A stretch of DNA of 64,000 bases from Moniliella sp. 'wahieum'. Its lineage: Eukaryota. The stretch is taken from positions 496,001 through 560,000 of the forward strand of contig RSEE01000011.1 of the NCBI GenBank assembly GCA_003971905.1, given 5' to 3'. Positions 1-11,000 of the stretch are shown here, piece after piece. Made by a program: the position numbers and the translations under genes. Numbering within the stretch: the stretch's first letter is position 1; each line of letters opens with the position of its first letter. The notes under the pieces were generated by a model. That model had not been told where the DNA came from, made no database searches, and saw only the letters and a program-made list of their open reading frames with translations.

Positions 1-134
1 CGGCCATTCCCCCGCCGCACCCCCCACCTTCACACTCTGGCCCAGCTCCTTCTCCCCCTCTGCATGCTACTCTCCGCGCCCTCCATGTCGCTCTCCCTGG
101 CGACGCTGCACCGTCTCACCCTGCTTCCGATTGG

Positions 135-1820
135 GTGCCCCTCACCCTTGCGTCCTCTCCCTCGGCCGTGTCGAAAAGAAATCCCATCGTCTTCTCGTCC
201 GCCCTTTCTCCCCCCCCTGTGCTTCTTGGTCCGCCTGTCCCTCCCCCCGCCACACCCCCACCACCACCCAAGTCCAATCCATGGGCACGACCCAAGGCCT
301 GGACCCAGCTCGATGCTGTGAAAAGCCGTCCTAGCCTGACCATCTACGAGGGTCCTGTGCCGGACTCCACCCCCGCACCCGCTCCCACGTCTGACTTCCC
401 GAAGCCTCCTGGTGTGCCATCTGCCTCTGCAGCGGCGCTCGAAGCCGCATTAAACCACGCAGCCAGCAACCCGCTTGCTCCTCCCGTCCTCCCACGCGGG
501 CTGATCAACACAGGCAACATGTGCTTCGCCAACAGCATTCTCCAAGCTCTGGTGCACTGCGCTCCATTTGCGAACCTGTTCCGTGCTAAGGAGCTACGCC
601 AAGGCGCTTTTGCTCCCACACATCCTCTCGCTCTGTTCCCATCGCTTGGGAAGGAAGTGGAGCCGGCGGGCCCGGCCGCCGGGCAGCTGGTTCGTGCCAT
701 GGTTGAATTTGTGGCCCAATTCCCCTTACCCAAATCCGAGCCCGCGCCAGAACCCTTTGTGCCGACCGGGGTGTACGATGCGATGGGTCAGAGCGGCCGA
801 TCGGCGCTGCGAGCGATGCAATACGGCACCACGCAACACGATGCCGAGGAGTTCCTCAACCTCCTCCTCGATACCTTGCACGACGAACTTCTGTACGCCA
901 CTTCATCCCAGTCCGAGGCACCGCTGGCTGGCGGGGTGCGTTCCCCGCCCTCTTCCTCGCCTGTCTCGGGCACCGAAAACGGATGGCAAGCTGTTACATC
1001 AAGCAAGGCCAAGCCTCCTCGCCCAGCCACAGGCAAACCAAGTCCGACGCCAGCTCAGGTTGCGCAGACGTTTGCGGCAGCCTACTTTTCGGTTGGCCAA
1101 TCCTCTTCGGGCCTGTCGGGGGTCAACGAGGCACTGTCTCCGATCATTCGTCTGTTTGGAGGCATGACGCGCTCTACTCTGCGGTACACCACGGTCGTTG
1201 GTACGCCCGGTGCGCGTGCGGGTGCAGGCCACACCCGCACGCGCGAAAGCGTGACGCGCGAAGCGTTCCTAACCCTGCCACTGCATATTGCGGACCCGCA
1301 TGTGGTGCGGGTGGAGGATGCACTGGCCCAGCTGGCACATGTGGAAGTCATGGGCACCACCTCCACAGCGACCGAGACGACGAGGATCACAAAGCAAGTG
1401 CAACTGGAGCAGTTGCCAGCTGTGCTGTTGGTCCAGCTGAAACGCTTCGTGTTTGATCCGGTGGTGGGCACACCGCAAAAGCTCGAAAAAGAAGTCCGCT
1501 TCGACCAGCACCTCTTCCTTCCGCCCGAAACGCTGGTAGGCGGAGCCAAAACCCAGTCCTTCTCCACCGGGCGCGCGTACCGGCTGTTTGCAGTGGTGTA
1601 CCACCACGGTACCCATGCCTCAGCAGGCCACTACACCGTCGACGTCCTCCGTCCGCGCTGGGAAGAGGAGGCAGAAGGCTGGGTGCACATTGACGACACG
1701 GTCCTGACGCCCATCCTGCCGGCGGCAGTGGTGGGCCGGGAAAACGAGCCGCCGGTCCGCGGCCACGACGGCACACCGTACCTGCTGCTGTACATGCGCG
1801 AGCCGGCGCGGGCTCGCTAA
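135..1820 (+). CDS. UBP3: Ubiquitin-specific protease, Ubp3/USP10-like (5' end probably upstream of the ORF or outside the window)
   Basis: Cys box GLINTGNMCFANSILQAL, QHDAEEFL, LPAVLLVQLKRF, His box VVYHHGTHASAGHYTVDVL, WVHIDD, YLLLY; TAA at 1818-1820. Confidence 0.85.
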   Translation: MPLTLASSPSAVSKRNPIVFSSALSPPPVLLGPPVPPPATPPPPPKSNPWARPKAWTQLDAVKSRPSLTIYEGPVPDSTPAPAPTSDFPKPPGVPSASAAALEAALNHAASNPLAPPVLPRGLINTGNMCFANSILQALVHCAPFANLFRAKELRQGAFAPTHPLALFPSLGKEVEPAGPAAGQLVRAMVEFVAQFPLPKSEPAPEPFVPTGVYDAMGQSGRSALRAMQYGTTQHDAEEFLNLLLDTLHDELLYATSSQSEAPLAGGVRSPPSSSPVSGTENGWQAVTSSKAKPPRPATGKPSPTPAQVAQTFAAAYFSVGQSSSGLSGVNEALSPIIRLFGGMTRSTLRYTTVVGTPGARAGAGHTRTRESVTREAFLTLPLHIADPHVVRVEDALAQLAHVEVMGTTSTATETTRITKQVQLEQLPAVLLVQLKRFVFDPVVGTPQKLEKEVRFDQHLFLPPETLVGGAKTQSFSTGRAYRLFAVVYHHGTHASAGHYTVDVLRPRWEEEAEGWVHIDDTVLTPILPAAVVGRENEPPVRGHDGTPYLLLYMREPARAR

Positions 1821-2012
1821 GCGTACGCACGGCGGGCCAGAGGAGCCGCTGGGTTACGCTCGTTTGCATGCATATGTTCTGCTAGCTGTATTGCCGACGA
1901 AGGACGACCTCATAGACCCAATCAGTCTCGATCCGTAGTAGTTCATTGGGTCCTACATGCCAAAACAACCCCTGCTGTTGGACCTTCGTTCTGCGGCCTC
2001 CGATACCATTCA

Positions 2013-2101
2013 GGCGAGATAGCGAAGTGGTTAACGCGCTGTGTTCAGGTTCTTCCTAACCGCAGTCCTCCGGGGCGTGGGTTCGAATCCCACTCTCGTC
2101 A
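2013..2101 (+). tRNA. tRNA-Leu(CAG) with a 10-nt intron (2050-2059)
   Basis: Acceptor GGCGAGA/TCTCGTC plus A73; D-stem GCG/CGC; anticodon stem CTGTG/CGCAG around TT-CAG-G; long variable arm; T-arm GTGGG-TTCGAAT-CCCAC; T-run Pol III terminator just downstream. Confidence 0.95.
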
Positions 2102-2411
2102 CTTTTTTGCCCGACTGTGGAGCTCAGGCCAGCTTTTAGCCCATCAGCATTGATTCTGGCTGCTTCTGTTTTCAATGATGCATACCCTGACGGATTCTGT
2201 GTATATCTACTAGAGGACCACCGGCCCCTCTCTCATCCTCCGCCCCTTGGTGATCATTCAACGTTCACGGTAAACATACCTACTTCTAAACAGCAGCCCC
2301 CTCGCGGCCTCATGAGATGGTCGCATAAAAATGCCAATTGTGCAGCAAAGTACGTTTGTTTCTTGGGCGATTGGAACCACAGATTAGCTCCTCTTGCCAT
2401 GTCAAAAAGCC

Positions 2412-4061
2412 CTAGGGCCGTGTCTCAATGCCCTTGACCAGCTCCGCCAGCAAATCGTCTTCTTGTGACCCGCTCTCGGCCGAATGGCTCGGCCCCGTCC
2501 GTGGGGCGGGCGAAGCGCCACGGTGGACAGAGGGATCCCGGCTGAAAGCAGCATGGGCGTTTCGGGGAGTACGACCGGCCTTGCGTCGTTGAGCCTTGAG
2601 GAAGGAGCTGATGACAAACGCAATGTCCAGACTCTGTTCGTAGTTGAGTCGTGGATCGCAGTGAGAGCGGTACCGCTTAGCCAGGTCCGTCGGGCCCAGC
2701 TGCATGCTCCCGCCCAAGCATTCTGTCACGCTGAACCCGGACTCGTCAATTTCGCCAGTCAACTCGAGGTGGGCGCCAAGACGGCTGCCCAGCGACGCGT
2801 GGATCTTGAGAGCCCGCACCAGCTCCGTCACAATGTCGGCAAACCGGCGGGTCTTGATCCCGGCATCGCCAGGGGCGGTGACGGTGTTGCCATGCATGGG
2901 GTCACAGCACCAGATCACCGCATCCCGATGAGCCGATGCTTGCACGGCCTGAATGTGCGCCGGCAGCAGCGCGTTCTTGCTGGCTCCGTACCGGCAGATG
3001 AGCGTGACCCGTCCGGCCTCATGCTGCGGATTGACGAGGTCCAGCATGGCCACCAGCTCGGCCGGCTGCATCGTCGGCCCCACTTTGATCCCGATCGGGT
3101 TGCGGATGCCACGGAAAAACTCCACGTGCGCCCCGTCCAGTTGACGCGTCCGATCCCCAAGCCAGATGGTATGTGCAGAGAGGGCGTAGGCACCCACCTC
3201 CTCCTCAGAGGGAAGTACCATGGAGCTGGCTGGCGTCGACGCAGCCGAGTCCAGTGGAGTGCGTGCACTGGTGGGAAGGGTAGCGTAGCGTGTAAGCGCT
3301 TCCTCGTACTCTAGCATTAGCCCCTCGTGGCTGATGTAGTAGTCCACCGAGCTCAGCGGCCCAGCTGCGGCGCGAAGTAGGAGTGCCGGCCCCGGAAGGG
3401 TCGGCTCCAATGGTGCGCATAAACTCGAGAGAGTCCGTGAGGGAATCGACAATGCCCTCAAACTCGGCTTGGAGGGTGGGGGAGCGGACGTGCTCAAAGG
3501 ACCACTGCATTGGTGCATGCAAGTCGGCAAAACCGCTGCCCAGGGACGCACGCAAATGGTTGAGCGTTGCAGTGGAGTAGAAGTAGGCCCGCATCAAACG
3601 CTCAGGGTCGGGAACGCGCTCCTCCAGCCCAAAGCCATTAACATTGTCTCCTCGGAACGAAAGAACCTCCTTCTCTTGGTCATCTACCTTAACAATCTCC
3701 GTGGGCTTGGACCGAGGCTTGGCGTACTGCCCGGCGATCCGCCCAATGCGCACCACGGGTGTCCGCGCGCCCCAGATACTAATGAGGCTCATGACCAACA
3801 CAAGCTTGAGCTTGGCCTCGATCTGGGCCGGATCACAGTACGAAAACAGCTCGGCACAATCGCCAGCCTGGAGGAGGAAAGCGCGGCCGGCGGCAACCTC
3901 GGAGAGAGCACCCCGCAGACGTTCCACCTCACCGGGAGTTACGAGGCCAGGAAGCGAGCTGAGGCGCTGGCAGACGCCATTGAGCTTGTCGGTGTCGGGA
4001 TAGACAACGTCCTGGGCGACAGGCTTGGTGCGCCACGAGCTGGGCGTCCAGTGGGGGGCAT
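2412..4061 (-). CDS. Class II (plant/AroA-II type) DAHP synthase, frameshifted in the assembly
   Basis: WTPSSWRTKP, AFLLQAGDCAELF, GRIAGQYAKPRS, SFRGDNVNG, SHEGLMLEYEEALT, SAHTIWLGDRTRQLDGAHVEF, NPIGIKVGP, WCCDPMHGNT, HCDPRLN across two ORFs; probable start ccgccATG at 4061, alternative ATG at 4176. Confidence 0.93.
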
Positions 4062-4168
4062 GGCGGGCAGGCGGTGATGGTGGCGCGAATGGGCAGAGGC
4101 GCGGGTGGATCGACAGTGCTGGGGCCGGTGTGGCTGCCCAGTCTTCTGGCGGAGACAAAAAAAGCGGT

Positions 4169-4175
4169 TGAGTCA
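4169..4175. promoter_or_regulatory. Gcn4/CpcA-type element TGAGTCA upstream of DAHP synthase
   Basis: Perfect TGA(C/G)TCA about 110 bp upstream of the probable start of an amino-acid biosynthesis gene. Confidence 0.55.
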
Positions 4176-4385
4176 TGCAGTACCGCCAACGCTGGCCCTG
4201 TGCGAGCTGCCCGCAGTGTTGGCGCTTGAAATTGCAATTTGGACTTTCGGCCTGTCGGCCAAGCGCGGGACAAAGCCAAGCCAAACCAAAACCAAATTAA
4301 CCAGCCGAACCCAGGGCCATTCACGTGCACCGCCTCCAGCGTGTCACATCGCGCCGTGCCCAAGTCACGTGGCCCCGCACCGGCC

Positions 4386-4403
4386 GAAGGTTCTAGTAGC
4401 TTC
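4386..4403. promoter_or_regulatory. Heat-shock element (HSE)
   Basis: GAAggTTCtaGTAgcTTC: four alternating nGAAn units with one mismatch; TATAAAA at 4538-4544; ATG at 4612. Confidence 0.55.
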
Positions 4404-4611
4404 GCCACGGCTCCACCACCTGCGGCCATGATCGACCGGGCAGCAGCACGCGTCGTCGACGCCCAACGAATGCCGACGATGGCCAGCGACGCAATCCATC
4501 CATATCACCCTGCGCTCATCCCCACAGGCGGGGAGTGTATAAAAGCTACCGCTGCTAGCACCCTCGGCCTGCTCGTCTCATCTCTCCCACATCCACCGTC
4601 CACACCCCGCC

Positions 4612-6615
4612 ATGTCAGGCTTCTACCCCTTCGTCTACCAGCCCGGGTACGAGCGCATCGTCCTCGACGACTATCGTACCCTCCAAGCCAGACAGCAGGC
4701 TGCAGCCGAGCAAGCCTATCTTGAAGCTGCACTGGTCGAGGCCGCGCAGCACGAGGCACGCCAGGCTGAGCTCCGTCGTCAAGTTGAACTCCGTCGGCAA
4801 GCCGAACTTCGCCGTCAAGTTGAACTCCGTCGGCAAGCCGAACTTCGTCTTCAAGCCGAACTTTGCCGTCAAGCTGAACTCCGTCGTCAAGCCGAACTCC
4901 GTCGTCAAGTCGAACTTCGCCGTCAAGTTGAACTCCGTGTCGAAGCTCAACTTCGTCTCCAGGCTCAACTGCGCCGGGAAGTCGAGCTACAGCGCCTGGC
5001 CGAACTACGTCGTTGGGCTAAGGTTCACGAAGCCCAGCTGCAACGTGCCAGACAAGCGGCTTACCAACGCTGGGTTGAGCAGCAGGCCCAGCCCAGTCTG
5101 GCATGGACCATCGCTTTGGACCCAGTCCCGTCGGAACAAGAGAACAAGTCCGGCTGCTCTGAAAAGGGGTCTTGCACTTGCGCCTCGGGCGCTTGCGCGT
5201 CAGGTGCCTGTGCCTGTGCCCAGAAGCCTTCGCCCTCACCCGCCAAGCCTCCCGCCGCAGCCCCTGCGACCGAACCGGAGGTGACCACGGAGACCCCAAC
5301 CAAGGCGGCCGAGGAGGAGTTCTTCACTTCGATCTTGGAAACACTCCTTTCGCGCGCCAGGGAGACAATCGACGATGACTCGGCTGTCGCTCCCCCCCAG
5401 CAGCAGGAACCAGAGAAGGAGGAGGACGAAGACCCGTTCACACGTGCGCTATTCCATTTGATGGACCGTGTCCTGGAGCCAACCGGACCTGCCTCTACTG
5501 ATGACGCTGCTGCGTCTTCGTCAACGGATGCGTCTCCTGCCCCCGAAGAATCCGCGCCTGAATCATCTTCTTCCAAGGACGCCGCGCCAGAGGTGCCCGC
5601 TCGTGAGAAGACGACTTCTGCCGCCACGGAGGCCACACAGCCCTCAGAGTCGGCTCAGCCTACCGCTGCTGTGTCCTCCACCCCTCCATCTGAACCATCG
5701 GACCCGCTGATCACAGTTGCCGAGGCACTGAAGGAACGCGTAGCCCAGAAGGATGAGGCTGAGGTGCCCTCGGAATCGGCATCTGTACCGGACGAGGATC
5801 CGTACGTGAGCATTATTCGTCAGCTCATGGCTCAAGTTTTGGACGTTCCCGGGCATGAGGAGGCCACCGATGAGCTTCAGCCGACGCCAAAGGCCACACC
5901 CGCTGCCCCTGAGCTTGCATCCTCTTCTGCTCCGGAGGAGGCATCCGCCCAACCCGTTACGGAGCCTGCTACTGAGCCTGCTAACGAGCCTGCTACCGAG
6001 CCTGCCACCGAGCCTGCTACCGAGCCTGCCACCGAGCCTGCTACCGAGCCTGCCACCGATGCCACGGAACCAACCGGCGAATCCACCCTGGAGTCTGCAG
6101 CGGTTTCCGCCACGGCGCCTACCCCCGAGTCTACGGCAGAGCCTACTCCAGATCCTTCTCAAGAGCCGACTCCCGAGTCTACCACCGAACCTGCGTCGGA
6201 GTCCAAACCACTTTTCTTCTACCCTTTCTCGCCCAATCTCCAATTCGACGCGTCGAACTTTGACGCCAGCAAGCTGGATGTGAACTTGACGTCGGAGGGG
6301 GAAGTGCGGGTCAGTGGGCTATGGCCGAGCAAGACGAAGCGTCGTGCGCATGTGCGGGACGCGACGGACGATGGCGAGGAGATTTTGCTGGAGGATGATC
6401 TGTCGGACTCTGGCTCCGACAGCTCCAACAGCGATTTTGTTCAGGTCGCGCCGCCGGTTCATGTGAAGTTGCCTATCGAGGCAGATGCTCGTCAGATCCG
6501 CGCCGAGTTGACGGATGAGGGCTTTTCCTCCGGATCTAGACTCCCACCGGGCACTGTGTCGACTTGGTTTTTACCGTTTGGACAATGTCATTTGATCTTT
6601 CGCGCCATTTATTAA
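4612..6615 (+). CDS. Modular low-complexity protein: Q[AV]ELRR repeats, Cys-rich segment, EPAT repeats, possible C-terminal alpha-crystallin/HSP20-like domain
   Basis: Intact 667-aa ORF with TATA and gccATG context; C-terminal KLDVNLTSEGEVRVSGLW...VKLPIEADARQIRAELTDEGF resembles alpha-crystallin strands; true stop may be the TAG at 6537-6539. Confidence 0.8.
   Translation: MSGFYPFVYQPGYERIVLDDYRTLQARQQAAAEQAYLEAALVEAAQHEARQAELRRQVELRRQAELRRQVELRRQAELRLQAELCRQAELRRQAELRRQVELRRQVELRVEAQLRLQAQLRREVELQRLAELRRWAKVHEAQLQRARQAAYQRWVEQQAQPSLAWTIALDPVPSEQENKSGCSEKGSCTCASGACASGACACAQKPSPSPAKPPAAAPATEPEVTTETPTKAAEEEFFTSILETLLSRARETIDDDSAVAPPQQQEPEKEEDEDPFTRALFHLMDRVLEPTGPASTDDAAASSSTDASPAPEESAPESSSSKDAAPEVPAREKTTSAATEATQPSESAQPTAAVSSTPPSEPSDPLITVAEALKERVAQKDEAEVPSESASVPDEDPYVSIIRQLMAQVLDVPGHEEATDELQPTPKATPAAPELASSSAPEEASAQPVTEPATEPANEPATEPATEPATEPATEPATEPATDATEPTGESTLESAAVSATAPTPESTAEPTPDPSQEPTPESTTEPASESKPLFFYPFSPNLQFDASNFDASKLDVNLTSEGEVRVSGLWPSKTKRRAHVRDATDDGEEILLEDDLSDSGSDSSNSDFVQVAPPVHVKLPIEADARQIRAELTDEGFSSGSRLPPGTVSTWFLPFGQCHLIFRAIY
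4762..5013 (+). repeat. Coding 18-bp tandem repeat, about 14 units (Q[AV]ELRR)
   Basis: caagttgaactccgtcgg / caagccgaacttcgccgt variants. Confidence 0.9.
5962..6057 (+). repeat. Coding 12-bp tandem repeat, 8 units (EPAT)
   Basis: gagcctgc(t/c)acc repeats. Confidence 0.9.
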
Positions 6616-7445
6616 CTTCTGTTGACACACTTGTTCATACTTGTTCATAGAGTAGCTAGGAGTGTGCATAACATCGTCGGCTTCCCAGTTCTTTCCACCT
6701 TCCACTGTTCAAAGAGACTACCAACGCAGCCACCTAGTATGAAGAGGACCTGAACGATTGCAACTATGCAATTTGAAAGGTCTTCAAACCCTTGATTAGA
6801 TCGATTGTTCTTTGCGCAATTCAAATGCAGGCTCAGACACTGTCTATTGGTCGACCCGGAGGGAGGGGGTATTGTGGTCGCGCCGAGGTGGTCGCCGGCG
6901 GCGCCCACACATGGTGACGGTGGGGTGCTACCGAGCACCACATGTCCTTCTGTCGCCCAACGATCCACAAGCCCTTTTGGTTGTCCTTACGCTGTCGCAC
7001 CCCGCACGCCACAGATGTTTTATCAACGAAGGGGAAGGGTCACAACAGGTACTATAGCGCACTGCTATCAGCAGCGCGGCACTTAGCGACTCCTCGGTAC
7101 TCCACGCGATCGGTGACCTTCGCCTTCTCACCCGGAGACTATCTCTATTAGCGGGCGCGTCGACTGCTTGGTTATAAGGCCAGCGTTCTTCGCCCACTAT
7201 CTTCCAGTCCCTGCCTCGTTCGTTGGCTCCATCGTTGAATCAGGCAGGCGGGTAGGTCCATCGCTTCCTTCTCAGCTGAGTTTCCAGGCCATATCCCTAC
7301 CAAGCAGGGATACAATAAGCCACCGCCTGATGGGGTATATACCCACGAATCAACGCTGACGAGACGCTGACCACGAAGGGAGAGGTGACTGGCGCCGACG
7401 CTGACCAGGAAACAACACGGTCCCCATCACACAAAGGACAGAGAG

Positions 7446-7676
7446 ATGTCGTCAGAGTACTACACCTACGTTTTCCAGTTCACCACCCCCGCCATGGAAC
7501 CAGTACAGGTGCGTGTACGCAAGACTGATCCGGATTTGGGTGCCGGCGTGCATCTGGTGCACCAGCTGGCCAATGAGCGCACATGCATCGGCATGAACCA
7601 GTCGACGTTTGTTTACCGTCTGGAGGACACACCTTGGGTCCGCGCTCAGCTGGCGCAGTTGGTGCGCATGACCTAA
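7446..7676 (+). CDS. Small hypothetical protein (76 aa)
   Basis: ATG-initiated ORF with globular-looking composition; TATA-like ttataag near 7172 and intron-like GT...CTGAC...AG segments upstream; no family recognised. Confidence 0.4.
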   Translation: MSSEYYTYVFQFTTPAMEPVQVRVRKTDPDLGAGVHLVHQLANERTCIGMNQSTFVYRLEDTPWVRAQLAQLVRMT

Positions 7677-7992
7677 ACCGTTTTTGACGGTGCTTTTTTC
7701 GATGAGGGGCAAAGCAAAGGCGTATGCACAGGATGGTGCGGAAGCGATGTGCGCATATAGATCAGGCCAGCTCGCTAGGGTCGATGAGCGAAGGCAGACG
7801 CGAGGAAATGCGGCGAGTAGATGGAGGCGGGATGGGAAAAAAGCGCATGCGGCGCGAGGGATCCGAAGGTTGGCGATGTCGGTGACTAGTGACTGATTGC
7901 CCGGTTGGTTCAGATTGCGTTCCGGCTGGCCGGAGCGGTGCGGAGGCGCCCAGGGGCACGGGGGCATTCCCCGGCGCAGCGCCAGTGTCGGC

Positions 7993-8002
7993 TGAAATTT
8001 TT
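7993..8002 (+). promoter_or_regulatory. RRPE-like motif TGAAATTTTT
   Basis: About 80 bp upstream of the ribosome-associated ABC-F gene. Confidence 0.35.
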
Positions 8003-8081
8003 GCGTTGCGGCCGGCGTGGAAACGAAAAAAAAGGAACCCATCCACCCGCTCTCCACCTCCACCCTTCCACCTCCACCCCC

Positions 8082-11000
8082 ATGGCGCCTCCCAGCAAGC
8101 CTCTGTCGGCGAGCGCGTCTCATTCAACCCCAGGGAGGAGGGATGCACATCCACTGAGCGGCGTGGGGGGACGAGTGCGGCGGCGGCGAGCCAAAGCCTG
8201 CCCGCGGCGCCGCGCATTATGCTGCTCCCAAGAAGGCCGACCCCAAGGGCGATGGCAAGGCCGCTGAGGGCGCCCGAAGTCCAACCCTTGCTCCGCACGC
8301 TTTACACTGCTTCGTCGAGGAGGCTCCCGTTGCCGCCGATGCTCTGGCAGCCTACATCAACGAGCGCGGACTGCGCGTCCTCGACGCCGAGGGGATCACT
8401 GCCTCCCTCCTGGCTGCCTCCACGAACAAAAAATCGGCGCTGGAGCGCGAGGCTTCGGCAGTTGCACTGCAGACCATTGCTTACAAGTGTGCAGGGAAGA
8501 ACGCTGAACCGTTTGCACTGGGTGCAGAGCCGTGGCTGATGGACCTGCTTCCGCCCGCCCTCGACTTGTACGCTGACAAATCCGACTCGGTCCGTGAGGC
8601 GGCCGAACATGCCACTTCGGCCCTTGTCTCTCTCGTGCCCCCCGAGGGCGCACCCGACGTGCTCACCCGCCTCTACTCGATCTTGAAGGACGGTGCACCC
8701 AAGTGGCAGACCAAGGTGGGGACGCTAAAGTTGCTCTCGCGCCTGTCTGAGGCCGACTCGGAACAAATTGGCGAGGTTCTGGAAGACCTGATTCCTGTTC
8801 TAACCCATTCAATGCACGAAACCAAGGCCGAGGTATGTTCAGCCTGTTTGCCCTCCCCCTTCATCGACCTGTCCTAACCCTACCCTGTCTCCGTCCTTCC
8901 AGATCTCTAAGCAGGCTGTCAAGACGGCGACCAAGGTGTGCCAGAACACGTTGGAAAACAACGACCTCCGCCCTTTCATCCCCGACCTGGTGGGGTGCAT
9001 GAACAAGCCCGACACGGTGCCACAGTGCATCAAGAAATTGAGTTCGACCACCTTTGTGGCCGAGGTGACGGGCCCGGCGTTGGCGGTGATGGTACCGCTG
9101 TTGTCGCGTGCGCTTAACGAGCGTAACCAGACCGTGCAGCGCAGCACGGTAATTGTGGTTGAGAACCTGTGCAAGCTGGTGCGCGACCCACGCGAGGCCG
9201 CACGTTTCCTCCTGCTCTCACGCCTGGCGTGCAGCGGATCTACGACACGGCCTCCTTCCCGGAGGTACGGGAACACGCCAAGTCAGCGCTGGACACGTTG
9301 CATGCTGCACTGAAGGACCTGGAAGGTGCTGGAGCCGAGAAGGCACCCGAGAGCAAAGCCCAGGAGTTCGCCCAAGCCCAAAAGGCAGCTGTGGACACGA
9401 TCGTGGCCCAATTGGCTCCGGTCATGCCGGAAGGCACCCCGCTGGCAGCCGACAAGTGGGCCCAGGTTGGGATCCAGTACTTGGCCAACGTGATTGCACG
9501 TCTGTCGGCCAAGCGGATCGTGTACGAGGCTGCATGGAAGGAAACTTATGTCCTGCCCGTGTTGCGGCGTCTTTTGGGGGACGCCGCCAAGGCGGAGGAT
9601 GTGTGCGATGCGCTGCGCAAGCACTACGTTGCCTTGGACGAGGCCAAGTACGGCAAGGAGGAAGAAGACGACGAGGATATCGAGGGGGAGCAGTTGTGCA
9701 ACATCCAGTTCTCCCTTGCGTACGGTGGTCTGCTTCTGCTTAACCACACCACCCTGCGTCTGCACCGTGGCCACCGCTACGGTATTGTGGCCACGAACGG
9801 ATCGGGCAAGTCGACGCTGCTCAAGGCCATGCGGGACGGCAAGGTGGAGGGATACCCGACCCAAGATGTGCTGCGCACAATCATGGTGGAGCACTCGCTG
9901 CAGGGCGAAGATGGCAGTGTGCCAATCTTGCCATTTGTGCTGCACTCCAAGGGGATTGAAGGCAAGCCCGAAGCCGAGGTGCGCAGGCGTTGCGGGACGT
10001 TGGGTTTGACGATGAGCGCCAGACGCATCCCGTTGGCTCTCTTTCGGGTGGATGGAAGATGAAGTTGGAGCTGGCGCGTGCGATGCTGGTGGGCGCCGAC
10101 ATTCTTCTTCTGGATGAGCCGACGAACCACTTGGATGTCGGTTCGGTCGCCTGGCTGGAGAACTACCTCGTGTCCAACAAGAACATCACCGTCCTCACCG
10201 TCTCCCACGACTCGGGCTTCTTGGACAATGTGTGCACGGACATTATGCACTACGAAAACAAGAAAATCAAGTACTACAAGGGCAACCTCTCGGACTTTGT
10301 CGAGAAGAAGCCTGAGGCCAAGACGTTCTACTCGCTCAACGCGTCGGTTGTCAAGTTCAGCTTCCCCGAGCCGGGGCACCTGATGGGTGTGCGCAGTCAG
10401 ACGCGCACCATTCTCAAACTGTCCGACGTGACGTTCACCTACCCAGGGATGAAGAAGCCATCCATCTCGCATGCCTCGGCCGCTGTTAGCCTGTCGAGCC
10501 GGATTGGTGTGTTGGGCCCCAATGGTGCGGGCAAGTCGACGCTGATCAAGTGCTTGACGGGGGAGGTAGTGCCACAAGAGGGCAAGGTGGAGAAGCACCC
10601 GGCTTTGCGTGTGGCCATGATGGCCCAGCATGCCTTCCACCACTTGGAGCAGCACTTGGAAAAGACTCCGATCCAATACATTACCTGGCGTTTCCAGTCG
10701 GGCTCGGACCGTGAGCTGACGGAGAAGGCGACGCGCAAGATGACGTCCGAGGAGGAGGCGCAGATGGCCGTGCCAATCACGAGCAAGACGGGCGAGACGC
10801 GGCGGGTGGATTTCCTGGTGGGGCGGGCCAAGTTGAAGAAATCGTTCCAGTACGAGGTGAAATGGCAGGGTCTGCAGCACAAGTTCAACACGTGGATTCC
10901 GCGCGAGCGGCTGATTGAGCTGGGCTTTACCAAGCTCGTACAGCAATTTGACGACTTTGAGTCGTCTCGTGAGGGTGCGGGTGCCCGCGACTTGAGCCAG

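Noticed and set aside
2049..2065. GT...CTAAC...CAG resembling a spliceosomal intron in the tRNA
   Set aside because: Only 17 nt, and removing it would destroy the anticodon stem
2013..2101. CUG-reassigning tRNA-Ser(CAG) or tRNA-Sec(TCA)
   Set aside because: A73, U33 and the CTGTG/CGCAG stem centre the loop on CAG and match Leu; no Sec-type extended stems
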